This document shows, one piece after another, positions 1 to 12,869 of a stretch of DNA of 64,000 bases. Numbering within the stretch: position 1 is the stretch's first letter; each line of letters opens with the position of its first letter. The position numbers were made by a program, and so were the translations under genes. The notes under the pieces are model-generated. The model made no database searches, was not told where the DNA came from, and saw only the letters and a list, made by a program, of their open reading frames with translations. The stretch is from Octopus bimaculoides (lineage: Eukaryota), in the NCBI RefSeq assembly GCF_001194135.2, contig NC_068985.1:122526007-122590006 (forward strand). Reading direction: 5' to 3'.

Positions 1-373
1 GACTACTATCTAGATTTTCCTGATGTATTTTTCCTTTCAATTGTTCTATTTCTATTTCTGATATTTTTTTTGCTTTTAGAATATATCTTCTTGTGTTAGC
101 TAGTTTGTTAGGGTTCATTGTTTTCTCGAGGTCTATATTTACATTATTTTTCTTCCATATTTTATATGTATGTGTTGTTGCATTTTCGTTTTTTGGGTAG
201 AGCACTGCTGTGAAATAGGCGTGTAGGATCGAAATGTATTCCTCACGTGTCCATTTATGCCGTTTTGGTTTTGTTTGCGGGACATGAGGAACAACGTCCG
301 GCCCTTTATTTTGACGGTCATCGTTTTCGTAGGGTATCGGTTCGTTTATCTCTGTTTTCAGATTGTTTTGCAC

Positions 374-580
<207 letters not shown>

Positions 581-1050
581 GCAAATTACAAATAGCAATT
601 ACTATAAACATTGAATCATCTTCTTTGCATATGATGATGATGAGAAAGGTTTGTACAAGTTAGAATTTCAATCTCAGGCCTTACATCACACCTAATTATA
701 GCTTATGAATTTTAAATCATCTCAATTTTGTCAGTTTTATATTTCATAATACCAAATTAATGCTGAATGTGGAAAATTTAGAAATTACTCAATTTTAAAT
801 TCCCTTCTATTCTGTGTTTCAGATAGAAAACATGAAAATGATATATATATATATATATTAGAGCAGCCTTGGCTATAGGCACAGGTGTAACTGTAGGTGT
901 TTGTATGGCTATATGGTTAAGAAATTGCTTCCCAACCATGTGGTCTCGCATTGAGTTCCACTGCATGGCACCTTGGGCAAGTGTCTTCTACTATAGCCCT
1001 TTGCTGACCAAAGCCTTGTGAATGGATTGGGTAGATTGAAACTGAAGCCC

Positions 1051-1056
<6 letters not shown>

Positions 1057-1098
<42 letters not shown>

Positions 1099-1152
1099 NN
1101 NNNNNNNNNNNNNNNNNNNNNNNNNNNNNNNNNNNNNNNNNNNNNNNNNNNN

Positions 1153-1194
<42 letters not shown>

Positions 1195-1195
1195 C
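1057..1195. repeat. (TA)n - gap - (TG)n microsatellite
   Basis: Read directly from the sequence. Confidence 0.95.
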
Positions 1196-1276
1196 ATACA
1201 TATATTCACATATTTAAATATGTTTATATACATACATAAATACACACAGATATGTGTGTGTATGTATATATATTGT

Positions 1277-1400
1277 GAAGGTGCCTGGCTTAGTGGTTAG
1301 AGTGTTGCACTCATGATTGTGAAATTGTGGTTTCGATTCCCAGATCGGGCATTGCATTGTGTTCTTGAGCAAAACACTCCATTTCATGTTGCTCTACAAT
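1277..1400 (+). mobile_element. tRNA-derived SINE head, family D
   Basis: A-box-like TGGCTTAGTGG at 1286-1296 and B-box-like GGTTTCGATTCC at 1329-1340, followed by TGTGTTCTTGAGCAAAACAC. A related copy lies at about 45570-45660. Confidence 0.7.
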
Positions 1401-1954
1401 CGTTTTGTCATCTGACATGTTGTATGTCAAGCAGCTGTACTGCTAATGTTGATTTGATGGAGGGAGTGAGCTTATGTGAACTCAAACATTTGATTGCTAT
1501 AAATAAATCAACAAGAAATAGCAGAATCCTCATACGTCGTCTAATGAAAGAAGAGTTCATGATATATGTTTTTATATGCACACACACATACTTGAGAGGT
1601 TGAAGCAAGTGATCCTATACTAGAAAATCAGAATTGAACTCTACTTATATACAAGGATCATAAAGAAAAGACAAGCTGAAGTCGAACTGTACATATAAGG
1701 ATGTTAACCTTTGAAAATTGTTATAGATAAATTAATTTATATATTTATTTACCAAAACCTTAAAAGTTTTGGTGTTGGAGCAATTGTTGTAATGTTGCCT
1801 CTTTAAACAAAGAATGGGAAACATAGTTTAAAAATGGTTTTTCTTTCGAAATAATATTTTGAAAAGACTTAGTTTGTTCTGCTCTATTTGGAAATGTTCT
1901 GTAAGATTATTTTATTGAATTTGGAATAATTCTGGAATTCAACAATTTACACAC

Positions 1955-1956
1955 AT

Positions 1957-1993
<37 letters not shown>

Positions 1994-2075
1994 CACACAC
2001 GCACGCACACACACACACACACACACGCACGCACACACACACACACGCACACACAGCGCACGCACAGACATACAC
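1955..2075. repeat. (CA)n microsatellite with CG interruptions
   Basis: Read directly from the sequence. Confidence 0.95.
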
Positions 2076-2691
2076 ACCGACACATACATCATACATTGAC
2101 ACTTATGTAGCAATGTAAAATCATTGTAATGTAATGTGTATTTAAACATATAATAAATTGCTAACACACAGTGCAAATATGATACTAATATATAATGCTT
2201 CATAATACAATGGGACAGTCTCAATGCTAACCTGTTGGAAATAAGTCAAAATTTCCTCAAATCACTTTTACCATCTTATTAAAAAAAAAAAAGAAAAGAG
2301 AAGGAATATACTGAAAAGTCAGGGTGGCCACAACTGGAAAACAATGAAAAATGACAGAATGGTCATAACTGGAATTCCTTTTGATCATTGATCAAAGCTG
2401 ATTTAGGACAAAACAATTGCAACTGCATAATACTATACATTGCAGACGTTTGGTACAAGACTGTATTATAATACCATTATAATACAGTAATGATACACAA
2501 TGCTAGATCATACATTAATGATGTTCAGTACAATACTCCTGGTGGTGGATAGCTGATGCTCAAAGATGAAGATGCAATTGTTCAGTCATGTGAATTACCT
2601 ACTCCTGAATTAACATGTAAATGACTAAGTATTCCACAGACATGTGTATGCTTAATATAATTTCCAATTGCTGAATTGGTATGACATACAA

Positions 2692-2985
2692 GTTACAGAA
2701 AGTGTACGGAGAGCAGTGTATGAGCTGCACACAAGTGTATGAGTGGTTCAGACGTTTCCAAGATGGCTGAAAAAACGTTGATATTGTTGAATGTTCCGGG
2801 AGACCTGCAACCAGTAGAACTGAGAAAAATATCGCTGATGTGCATCCAGCTGTGAGGGGAAATCGTCGAATCACCATCCATGAGTTGTCAAAGGCTGTGC
2901 AGATTAGTTACGGTTCAGTTCAGTCCATTATCACTGAAGATTTGGGTATGAAACATATGTCTGCCAAGTTTGTGCCACTCCTTCC
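2692..2985 (+). mobile_element. Mariner transposase fragment (HTH region to the AKFVP linker), a different element from the one at 51829
   Basis: Translates as QKVYGEQCMSCTQVYEWFRRFQDG*...SGRPATSRTEKNIADV...NRRITIHELSKAVQISYGSVQSIITEDLGMKHMSAKFVP, with an internal stop. Confidence 0.85.
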
Positions 2986-3823
2986 TTCTGCTTCTTCCCG
3001 CTACACACCTTCCTTCCAAGCTCTGCTGTAAACAACAGAAGTGAGCTAGAACATTAACACTTAGTGTGCATGCACAGCAGAGTTCAAGGTCAATCTGTGC
3101 CAGGTGGCTTTACTCTGCGTGCTTGAGCTTCATTACTATGGCAACAGTCTGGATATTTATTGTGTGACAAAACCATACTTTTGAATAACAGGGCAAATCC
3201 ACCCAAAGGGCTTCTATGCAGTTTCTGTCTACCCAATTTTATTCACACACACACAAAAAAGAGAAGGGTCAACCCAAGGCTAGAGAAAACAAACTTCTTA
3301 AACACTCAGCTATACTGCACTTGTATACTGATGATACACAATACAATATCAATACACTACAACAACATACAATATAACAATACAGAAATACAATACAATA
3401 TGCCATACTGACACATCTATACTCAGTTCAATATTCGACATGCAATTCTAACATATTGATATACCGTATCCAATATGCCATGTGATATACAATATGCTAC
3501 AACACAGTATATTACAGTCCAATATGTTTGTCAATGTCACTGCTACCTGTGATATTTTTTTAAATTAAAATTTTTACTTGTTGTGTTTTCAAAAGTTTAG
3601 AGATGGAAATAAAATATATTGATTACAAACTGAATGTTGTTTTTGTCTTTTGACCTTCTCAGTCCTTAGGAGGATTGGTAGATTGCAAAGTAAAGGGTCT
3701 GGACTTCTGACCATATGATTGTCTGTTTAAACTTCAATACAAGTGTGAGTTATTATCTGCAAAGTACTTTTTTTTTTCGTATATTGACAGGAAAGTTAGT
3801 TCACTTGTGCAATAGGCAGAAGC

Positions 3824-4255
3824 ATGGCCATGTGGTTAAGAAGATTGCTTCCTAACCACATGGGTTTGGGTTCAGTTCTACTGCATGACATCTTGGGCAA
3901 CTGTCTTCTATTGTAGCCATAGACTGACCAAAGCCTTGTGAGTGGATTTGATAATTGGAAATCTAAAGAAGTTTGTTGTATGCATGCACGGATATGTGTG
4001 CGTGTGTTTGTGACTCCTTATCATAACATTACCTGATGGTTGTAAATGAGCAGATTGTTGTATATGTAGTATTATTAATTTCCAGTCTTCAGTGCAAACA
4101 TGTCTGACCATGGGGGAATATTACCTTGCTTCGAACAGGTGAGTGTTAGCAACAGGAAGGGCATCCATCTAACTATAGAAAAGATGTCTTAATGAATTCC
4201 ACCTAACCCATGTAAGCATGGAAAAATGGACATTAAAACAATGATGATGAAGATG
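3824..4255 (+). mobile_element. SINE with family A head and a different, RTE-like 3' tail ending in (GAT)n
   Basis: Head matches family A. The 3' part reads GGAAGGGCATCC...CCCATGTAAGCATGGAAAAATGGACATTAAAACAATGATGATG. Confidence 0.75.
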
Positions 4256-6734
4256 GTGTAAGTGTTTGTGTCAATGTTTATATTCAGAAAAAAAAAAAGC
4301 CCTGAGCTGCAGATGTTGTTTGTTGACAACTCCCTGTCAACAAATCATTTCCTAGTTCTGCACTTTTGAAGAGGTAAGTGGAATACGAAAAACCACTTGA
4401 AAAACAAGTAAGGATAAGTAAGAGGAAGAGCCGTCTAGCTATAAAACAATGTTACTTAATGTAATAGAATACACAATACCAAGGAAAAAAATATGATTGG
4501 CATGGCTGGTAAATATTTTGATTATAGGTTTACATGATTGGGGTTGGCTTGAGGCAAAACAATCATACATTTAGGTTGTGCTTTTGTTTAAAAGCAAAAT
4601 CCTTTTTCAGTCAAGCTAGTGTGGAAAGAAAAAAATCTGTTATTTTGCTTGTCACAATGTGCTTGAATGTTATGCTGTCAAAGGGAAATAATCATCTTGA
4701 CCTTGATTGTTATCTGCTGTGGCTGAACAGCAAGACATCCAGTGAGGGGGAAGTGGCTTTGAGTTGAAGCGATTAAATCCTACATTCTTCGACCAGGGAA
4801 TTGAAATTTCTGTCTGTATGTTTCTGCAAGCTTCTTTCTATTGTTCTCTGGATTTCTGTAACTAAAGTGCAGCAAAGTAACAATGGATATTTTATAGGTT
4901 GTCTAGGTTGAACTAGATTTGACCCAAGATGGTGAGGATGTTGACTGCTGAGTGCAAAGCCAGAGAAAAATAGAAAGAAGCATTCAGACAGAAATTTCAA
5001 TTCCTGGTTGGGAATCTAAGATTTGATTGCTTTAAAGAGTTTGTGGAGGGATGTAGCTGTGGTTAGAGAGAAGAGAAAATAAATTGAAGAGGAATGGTTA
5101 TGAAAAACATTGTATACAGTGACGATTCTTAACTAAATATTTATGCAGTGAGACATTGTGCTGGACACTAGAATTTTCTAATTTTATTACTTGTTCTTCA
5201 AATATTTTTGATTAAATTTGCATCTGTTCTAAATCAACGAGGAATTACTGTTGTGAAAAACATTGCATATACATGATGTTTCTCAACAAAATATTGTATA
5301 AAGTGAGATCTTGAATAAAATACTGGAATTATCTAATTTTATTAATTGTTTTTCAAATACTTTTCGTTAAATTTACATCTGCTCTTACAAGCAAAATCTA
5401 AAAAAATTTCATCGATTGGTTTTCAAATATTTTTCGCTAAATTTACATCTGCTTGATTATACTGTATTTTATATTACTTATATGTTATCTAAATCCTAAT
5501 TTTTCAATAACCTTAATTCATTGTTCAGTTTATTTTCATAAAAATCATTCTCGACTAAACAATTCCTCGAAACTGCTGAATTGATGTACAAACACAAATA
5601 TGCATCCTTAAAAGCCAATGCTGCACAAATCTCAAGAATAAGCTGGTGCACCTGCTAGTGCAATATAAACTTGCAACATAAACCTTAATAATAATGGTTT
5701 CAAATTTTGGTACAAGACCAGCAATTTTGGGGGAGTGGTAAGTCAATTACATCGACCTCAGTGTTTAACTGGAACTTATTTTATTGACTCTGTAAGGATG
5801 AAAGGCAGCCATAACTTGTGTCGAGTAACATACATTAATTATATGCAGTAATTTAAATTTCTTGCACTACTTTCACATGATTATTCAGCAAATTGTATTA
5901 CAGAAAATTACTAGCTGTTCATTGAACGTTGTTCCATTAATTTATTGGATGTACATTTGTAGAAATAACTATGTGGGTTAATAAAATATTTGAAAATTCA
6001 ACTAAACGTTAGAATGGTGATTCTCTACACATGCAATCTATTTTACATTGTAAGTAGCCTCAGAAGAATATGTGACTGACGACCATGATAAAGGTGCATC
6101 ATATCTGGCTGATCTTAATCATATGCTTGACAAAGACGGAATGTGCCCACTGGAGAGACAAATAACGGCTATCCCCAAATTTCTTGCATCCATGTCACCG
6201 CATAATTTGTAGAAATTTCTTTACCTCATCACCAACTTCTCTGGCAGTTATGTTCCAACTACACTGAAGGTACAGAACCCCTCATCCAGGTGCTTAAGAA
6301 AAGAATAAGCCAATAACTCTTGATGCAAATGAACTCATCTCTTTCGCAACAAATGGAAAGAGTCCATGGTTGAAAGAAGCCGTCTGGTTCATCTCAGGAC
6401 AGCTGCATCACCACAAGTGTTTGTAGATACCCCGGATGTTGAAATGGGGGTTGTTTCACTACGGCTATTTTTATTATATTTTAACATTATGACCGTTCTT
6501 CTGTCATATTATTGGGTTTTTTCGTGAATGTTTTGAAGCAGAATTCTTGCAAACTATAAACCTGTCGGCTTGTGATGACTGTTTAAGTTTTATCAATTGA
6601 AATGTAGCAAGGAGAAAGTAGTTGTTTAAATGTTACTTAACATATAAACAATTCAGCTGAAAACAAAACATTTGAGAAACAGAACAAGTTAAACTGTCAC
6701 ATAAACTGTATTAGAAGAGAGTGGTGATTATCAA

Positions 6735-6832
6735 GTGGAGAGAGAAAGAGAAGGAAAGAAAGAAAGATATATATTTAGAGAGAGAGGGAGATAGATAGAT
6801 AGATAGGTAGGTACATAGATACATAGTTACAC

Positions 6833-6868
<36 letters not shown>

Positions 6869-6952
6869 GCAGGTACATAGATACATAGTTACATAGAGAG
6901 AGAGAGAGAGATAGGCAGGTACATAGATACATAGTTACATAGAGAGAGAGAG
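6735..6952. repeat. Higher-order repeat: three copies of GATAGG(C/T)AGGTACATAGATACATAGTTACA separated by (AG)n
   Basis: Units start at about 6800, 6864 and 6910. Confidence 0.85.
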
Positions 6953-7497
6953 TAGTGGTAGATCTGGACTGGAGCTTGTATCATCTTATAACTGGTGCTG
7001 TATTGTATCTCAGTTTCACAAGACAATAAACTCTCACATGGCCCTGCCATCTTGTTGCACTGCATGAGAGAAATATTAATCAGACTAAGTAGTATATTTA
7101 GGCGCCATACTCAATTTGGGTCAGTAGGCACTAATTTAGTGAAGCAACTTTAAACCAGAATCCACTAAGAGATGATCCCACTGCGAGAAACACTGCATTA
7201 CAGTATTGTACACTACTGCATATATTGCACAAAGAGCATATGCTACTACACTGCTCGTTTATTATACTGCAATACACTACACAATACCAGACTACTATAT
7301 TTCAAGATGATCTGTGATGGAGTCTCCCCATAATCACTGATCCTGCTCAATATGTTCTTGACCGCTCGTGTGAACAAGCCTTTGTTATGACATGGCTTTA
7401 ACTTCGGCGACTCATTTTTGAGTCTTGCTACAAGCACAAGTTCTTAGTGTTCTCAGTTATTATTCAAAATGACTCCCATCTATTAAAATAGAGTATA

Positions 7498-7824
7498 TCA
7501 TCATCATCATCATCATCATCGTTTAACGTCCGCTTTCCATGCTAGCATGGGTTGGACGATTTGACTGAGGACTGGTGAAACCGGATGGCAACACCAGGCT
7601 CCAGTCTAATTTGGCAGAGTTTCTACAGCTGGATGCCTTTTCCTAACGCCAACCACTCAGAGAGTGTAGTGGGTGCTTTTACGTGTCACCCGCACGAAAA
7701 CAGCCACGCTCGAAATGGTGTCTTTTATGTGCCACCCGCACAAGCCAGTCCAGGGGCACTGGCAACGATCTCGCTCGAAAATCCTACGGGAGCCAGTCAG
7801 GCGGTACTGGCAACGGCCACGCTC
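7498..7824 (-). mobile_element. SINE-like retroposon family C with (ATG)n tail and internal variable repeat
   Basis: Plus strand reads (CAT)n-CGTTTAACGTCCGCTTTCCATGCTAGCATGGGTTGGACG. Homologues at 23250-23371, about 25705-25850, 26950-27355, 36515-36690, 47380-47670, 53817-54045, 56690-56940 and 61100-61320. Confidence 0.85.
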
Positions 7825-8494
7825 GTAATTGATAATTTAGAATATTAATATTATAGCGGACATTAGATTTTTTTTATGACTGCAAACCATAATGCTAAAG
7901 CTACATTCTATCATCGTTTAGTGGACATTTCATGTACAGAAGTTTTTGTAGCAAACGAAAAATTTTATGAGAAATTATACAAATTGAAATTTTGTATGTA
8001 TTTTTTTGTCCTAAACAGTTTGCACAAAACTTTTACAAACCAATAACCTTGTGTTAACACTCAAGGAATGGCTTAAGAAGTGTTTCCTTTTTAATTTTTT
8101 AAATTTTATCCCTTCTGTTTCATAAGTTTGAATCTGATCCTTGACTTAGAGACATGAATAAAGGTATTTTGCATGTTTCTCAATCTTATTTATCCACTAT
8201 AATCAAGCCCTGTCCTGTTGTGTTGAAGGAAAAATTTTCCGTTTTTAACAAAGATTGCTTTTTTGTATCCACTTTCGTGAACTCATTGCAAATTTGAAAA
8301 GAAGCAATCTAATGAACTTTTTAGATATCAAAAGCTATCAAACTACCTTACAAAGTGAACTTTGTCATCATGTACAGCTGAAACAAGTTGATCCAGTACG
8401 AATGGATCAAATGATTGCAACCCACTGTTGACACTTTTAAATAAGATCAGAGGGATCATGTATTTCTTGTACTTCCATGTCTGCTTGAAAGTAG

Positions 8495-8532
<38 letters not shown>

Positions 8533-8623
8533 NNNNNNNNNNNNNNNNNNNNNNNNNNNNNNNNNNNNNNNNNNNNNNNNNNNNNNNNNNNNNNNNNNNN
8601 NNNNNNNNNNNNNNNNNNNNNNN

Positions 8624-8657
<34 letters not shown>
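8495..8657. repeat. Poly(A) tract spanning an assembly gap
   Basis: A runs on both sides of Ns at 8533-8623. Confidence 0.9.
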
Positions 8658-8663
<6 letters not shown>

Positions 8664-9084
8664 AAGATTGAAAAACGCCTTGACTAGGATGAAATTCCGG
8701 TTAGTTTATTCAAAGAACAAGGGCAGTCTACATTGTTTTGTTTGAAATCTGTTTTATAAATGCCAAACATCATTCAAAATAAGTGGGTTTTATGATTGGA
8801 TGAATGCACTTAGAACTCTGTAGAATCATGAAAGTAGCATAAAATATAAGAGGGTAATGTTGACTTGGATAAAAGAAAGACAAATAAAAGCAGAGTACTA
8901 TTTTGTAGCTGTTTTTAAGTGGTTATGAGAAGTGGGACTTACCAAAATAATGGGAACTTGGCTGGAATATCTTGGTTTAGGGTGAGAGGTACGTATATAG
9001 TAGGAACAAACAAACTCCTCACCAGAAAAAAAAATGAAAAAAAAACCTAGAATCTAGGGGAAAAGTGGTCTGTGTTGGCGAGAT

Positions 9085-9300
9085 TTGGATTTATTAGGCG
9101 TACCATTGAGGATACAAGCGGCTGAAATAGGGTTCCTCTGAAGGATTCTCTGGAGTAATGCTACTCAACAAGGAGCGCCTTCAGGTCAAGCCACTGCTTC
9201 TTCACGTTGAAAGGTCATTTAGAATGCCAGAGGAAAAGACAAGACAGATTCTTGAAGCTCAGCCAACCGACAGGAGACCTAAGGGTAAACCAAGAGTGAG
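9085..9300 (+). mobile_element. RTE-like LINE C-terminal fragment
   Basis: Translates LRIQAAEIGFL*RI near 9107-9150, resembling the RTE post-RT motif RIQAAEM.FLRR. Confidence 0.5.
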
Positions 9301-9551
9301 ATGATTGCAAAATATACATAGTCTCAGTTGGTTACACTTGGGAATCCAGCAGGAAAGTGTAATGAGGGTTGCTTCTGAAAAGAAGCCTATGGAGGAAATA
9401 CCTTAGGACTCTACCCATATGACCCTCTCAGGAATAGTAGGTAGTGAAAATGGATGGATGGATAGAACTAAGTTTGTATGCCACAGGGAATAACTGAAAG
9501 ATTGTAGGTGCTCTTGAGTGAGAGGAATATGGTCAGAAAGAGACAGGGAGG

Positions 9552-9602
<51 letters not shown>

Positions 9603-10289
9603 CAAATGGAAAAGAGAATAAAGTGATAAGGTTAGAACTGGAAGGAACAGTGTAAGAAAGTTTAAGTGGGAGGATGTTTTGTTGTCTAGGTCAGTGACCG
9701 CTATTGGAAGCTTGTCAAAAACAGTATTCACACACATGTCAGTACATAAACAAGCACTCATTTGGTTGATAGGAACAGAGACATACATATAAATAAATAA
9801 ATAGGACTACACATACACACGAATAATGGAAACTATGTTACTAGTTCGCATGTTCTCACTTGTACATACGTACAAAATGATATTGAAAATCAGATAGAAA
9901 TAAAATTTATAGTTGCAGAAATAAAATTAAAATAAAGGTAAAAAAAAAAAGAGCCCTTGGAGAAGAATTCTACATAGAGTGCACACATAAAAACAGATTC
10001 GATGGAATGGAAATAGGGAGTGGGAGAAGAGTTCATTCAGATGTAAAGGTGATGATGTTTGAGGATTGAATAAAACTGCATCTTAGAAGAACTTGGCATC
10101 CAAAATACAGTGTGTTCTTTTCTTGGAATAGGATCTTGATGTACATAAAAAGTTACATATAATAGCTTGTTGATATTCAGTTGAAAAGCCCTTTTGGACA
10201 GAAAAAGTTGAAGCCTCTCCTGGCACTCATACCTACATCTCCTTTAGGCATGACAGGCTTTCTACTGTTGGATCAAAGCAATGGTGTAA

Positions 10290-10540
10290 TAGTAGAATGT
10301 AAGAATAAAGTTCCTAAAATGGATACAGAAATTCGAAGGATTGCTTTGGTACAATGGAAGAACGCCTTTATATGTACTTCATGAGCCAATTCTAAAAAAG
10401 AATTATTTCATGCTCTTTTAAAAGTTTGTAAATCCATATAAGGTCAACAGTATACAATTCTGGTTGGTAAGAAGAGAGTTTCTAAAAGAACTATAGAAAT
10501 TCGAAGGATTGCTTTGGTACAATGGTAGAATGTATCTTAT
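10290..10540 (+). mobile_element. RTE-like LINE fragment containing a duplicated segment of about 45 bp
   Basis: AGAAATTCGAAGGATTGCTTTGGTACAATGG occurs at about 10325 and about 10495. The peptide EIRRIAL resembles the RTE EIRRRIA motif. Confidence 0.45.
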
Positions 10541-12869
10541 GTCGACAGAAGATGTAGATTCGAATTACGTGGGCAGTCTTTGTCTTTTTCTATCTAAAAG
10601 AGTTTTCCAACCCAATATTTACAAGCTATTATTTATAGCTTCATGTGTACTTCAAGATCCAGTTTCAAAAAAGAATTTTTTCATGTTCTCCCGAAAGTGT
10701 ATACATTCTTATGTCATCAACAATAATGTCTGTTTATTGTATATAATATTATTGTATTCTGGCCGTTTATAATATATCGTTATTTTTACCTCACCTAGCA
10801 ACCCTAATCAAGTGGGACTTTTGTTAAAGACACTCTGTCCAAGACCATCTCGTCTTTTTGTATCCATTACTACATTGGGATTTTTTTAGATTTCTTCCCC
10901 AAATCAGATTTTTTTCCAAATTTTCTACACTGGAGTAGTTTTGCATGCTAATGAGGAAAATCACTTCATGTTTTCTAAAGATCATTTCTAAAAAAGCTAC
11001 AAGATTTTGAAGTATGTGATTTTACTCAACCAGAAGCTTCCATTGGTGACATATCAGAAGTCGCAATTGCCTGCTTCCATGGAAGCAGCCTTTGCATTAA
11101 TGTTACTATTTAATGAAATGCAATTAAACTTAAAGTTGTGGTTCACCGTGCAGAATTTGGTAGTCTAGTATCTCTGGAACATTCAAGTATGCTCGCCGCA
11201 GGACAACAGAACCGATTGTTGAATGTTCTCCTCTATTGCATCGTCTCAATCCCAAGAAAGCAGAGTGTAAAGAAATAACTCCCATGTCTCATGACACACC
11301 ATTGAAAATCCCAGTTCAGAGAACATTCTACTTTTGTTAAATTTTTGCTTTGAAAACGCTGTCTCATAAATTTTTACAATTCTGCCTGGACGATCAGTCT
11401 TTAATGGGTTGCAGAGTAAATCCTTTGCATAAGTAATTGTTGTAATCCTCACATAAGTAATTGTTGTAATCAACAGCCATACTGCTACTGACTCCTACCT
11501 TTTCCCTCTCTTTTTCTCTCTCTCTCCACACACACACACACACACACACACAACAGACTGTGGTTTGTTTTTTCACCAAGGAATAAAAAACAGAATCACA
11601 GACATAAGAGGAAGAGTGATGATGTTAATGCTGTTCCCATGGAAACAGACAATTGCGACATCTGGTATGTCAGCATTGAAGGCTTTCAATTAGCTAAAAT
11701 CCCATAATTTCAAAGGCTTGTAACTTAGTTATTTTTTTACTTTATTCTTTTACTTGTTTCAGTCATTTGACCGTGGCCATGCTGAGGCACCACCTATCAA
11801 TTTCATGATAAAATAAACATGATTTTCGTCATAAGCATGCAAAATGACATCTATGTTGAAAATTTGAAAAAATTCTGCTGGTGAGAAGAAATTTAAAAAG
11901 ATCCAATGTCTTCATCTCTTTTGATGTTATTATAGGTATAAGTCTGTTTTCAAAGGCAAAGGAGTAATGGAGTTTTGATGGGTTTAGTGACTATATAGCC
12001 ACTCTCTTAGCACATTTCTTCCTCAATCAAAATAATACAAAGCACACACACACACACACACACACACACGTTAGTAACAACACTTATCAACACACTAGCT
12101 ATCTAATATTGCAGTAACACTTATTGACATACTGATCTGAAGTATCTCTTCAGAGATATCAACTGTTTCCAGCTGAATCAAATAAGTTTATAGAACCATC
12201 TTTTATTAAGCTGAAGTTGCTAGTGAATACTGCTAGAACTTTCAACTGCATATGGTACAATGTGCATGGTATATATATAGATAAGAAAAATATTTAAAAT
12301 TTAATTGTTTATCTTCATGCAGTAGGTCTTCTGAAGTAGTGTTGGTAGCATAATAGTCACAGCTATCTCTGGAGAGTTCCTAGAAGAGTTTGATATAATT
12401 TCCACTACTTTCAGTAAGTGAAATTTATGTCTAATGATCAATAAATGTTGGTCACCAATTTGTAACGGCTAAATGTAAGATTCAATTTTAACAGTTTATA
12501 AACATCGGAGGTTACCAATTATAATGATCATGTATAATGTTAATACAGACCTAGTAAACAACAGAAGATATTGTTAGTTGAAATGGTCTCTTATATTGTT
12601 ATCATTCTTTACAATGTAGGTGACAAATACTTCAAGTTGTTTATGTACACAAGTTATTTGTTGTCCATTGTGTAGATAGTAAATTCATCTGTGAGTGACT
12701 ACTAGAGAGAGAAGGTTAGTCAAGTTGAAAGTGTAAGAAGTGTGTTGTTGCACGATGACAGGCCATAATTGAAGTGAGAAAGAAAGATGCTCTCTGACCA
12801 GCAGCCAAGCTACTTTTGATCTATGAGGCAACAAAGAGTCGATATCAGTTGTTTGTTTCTAATAGTTTC

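Noticed and set aside
1277-1345. Possible tRNA gene
   Set aside because: A and B boxes are present, but I could not build a full cloverleaf, and it runs into a repeated SINE body.
5089-5455. About 150-bp degenerate tandem duplication
   Set aside because: It is real but appears to be an ordinary AT-rich local duplication with no further structure.
11164-11340. 58-codon stop-free frame SSISGTFKYARRRTTEP...FYFC* as a terminal exon of a plus-strand gene
   Set aside because: The acceptor is weak, no partner exons were found, no homology was recognised, and it lies inside a TIR element.
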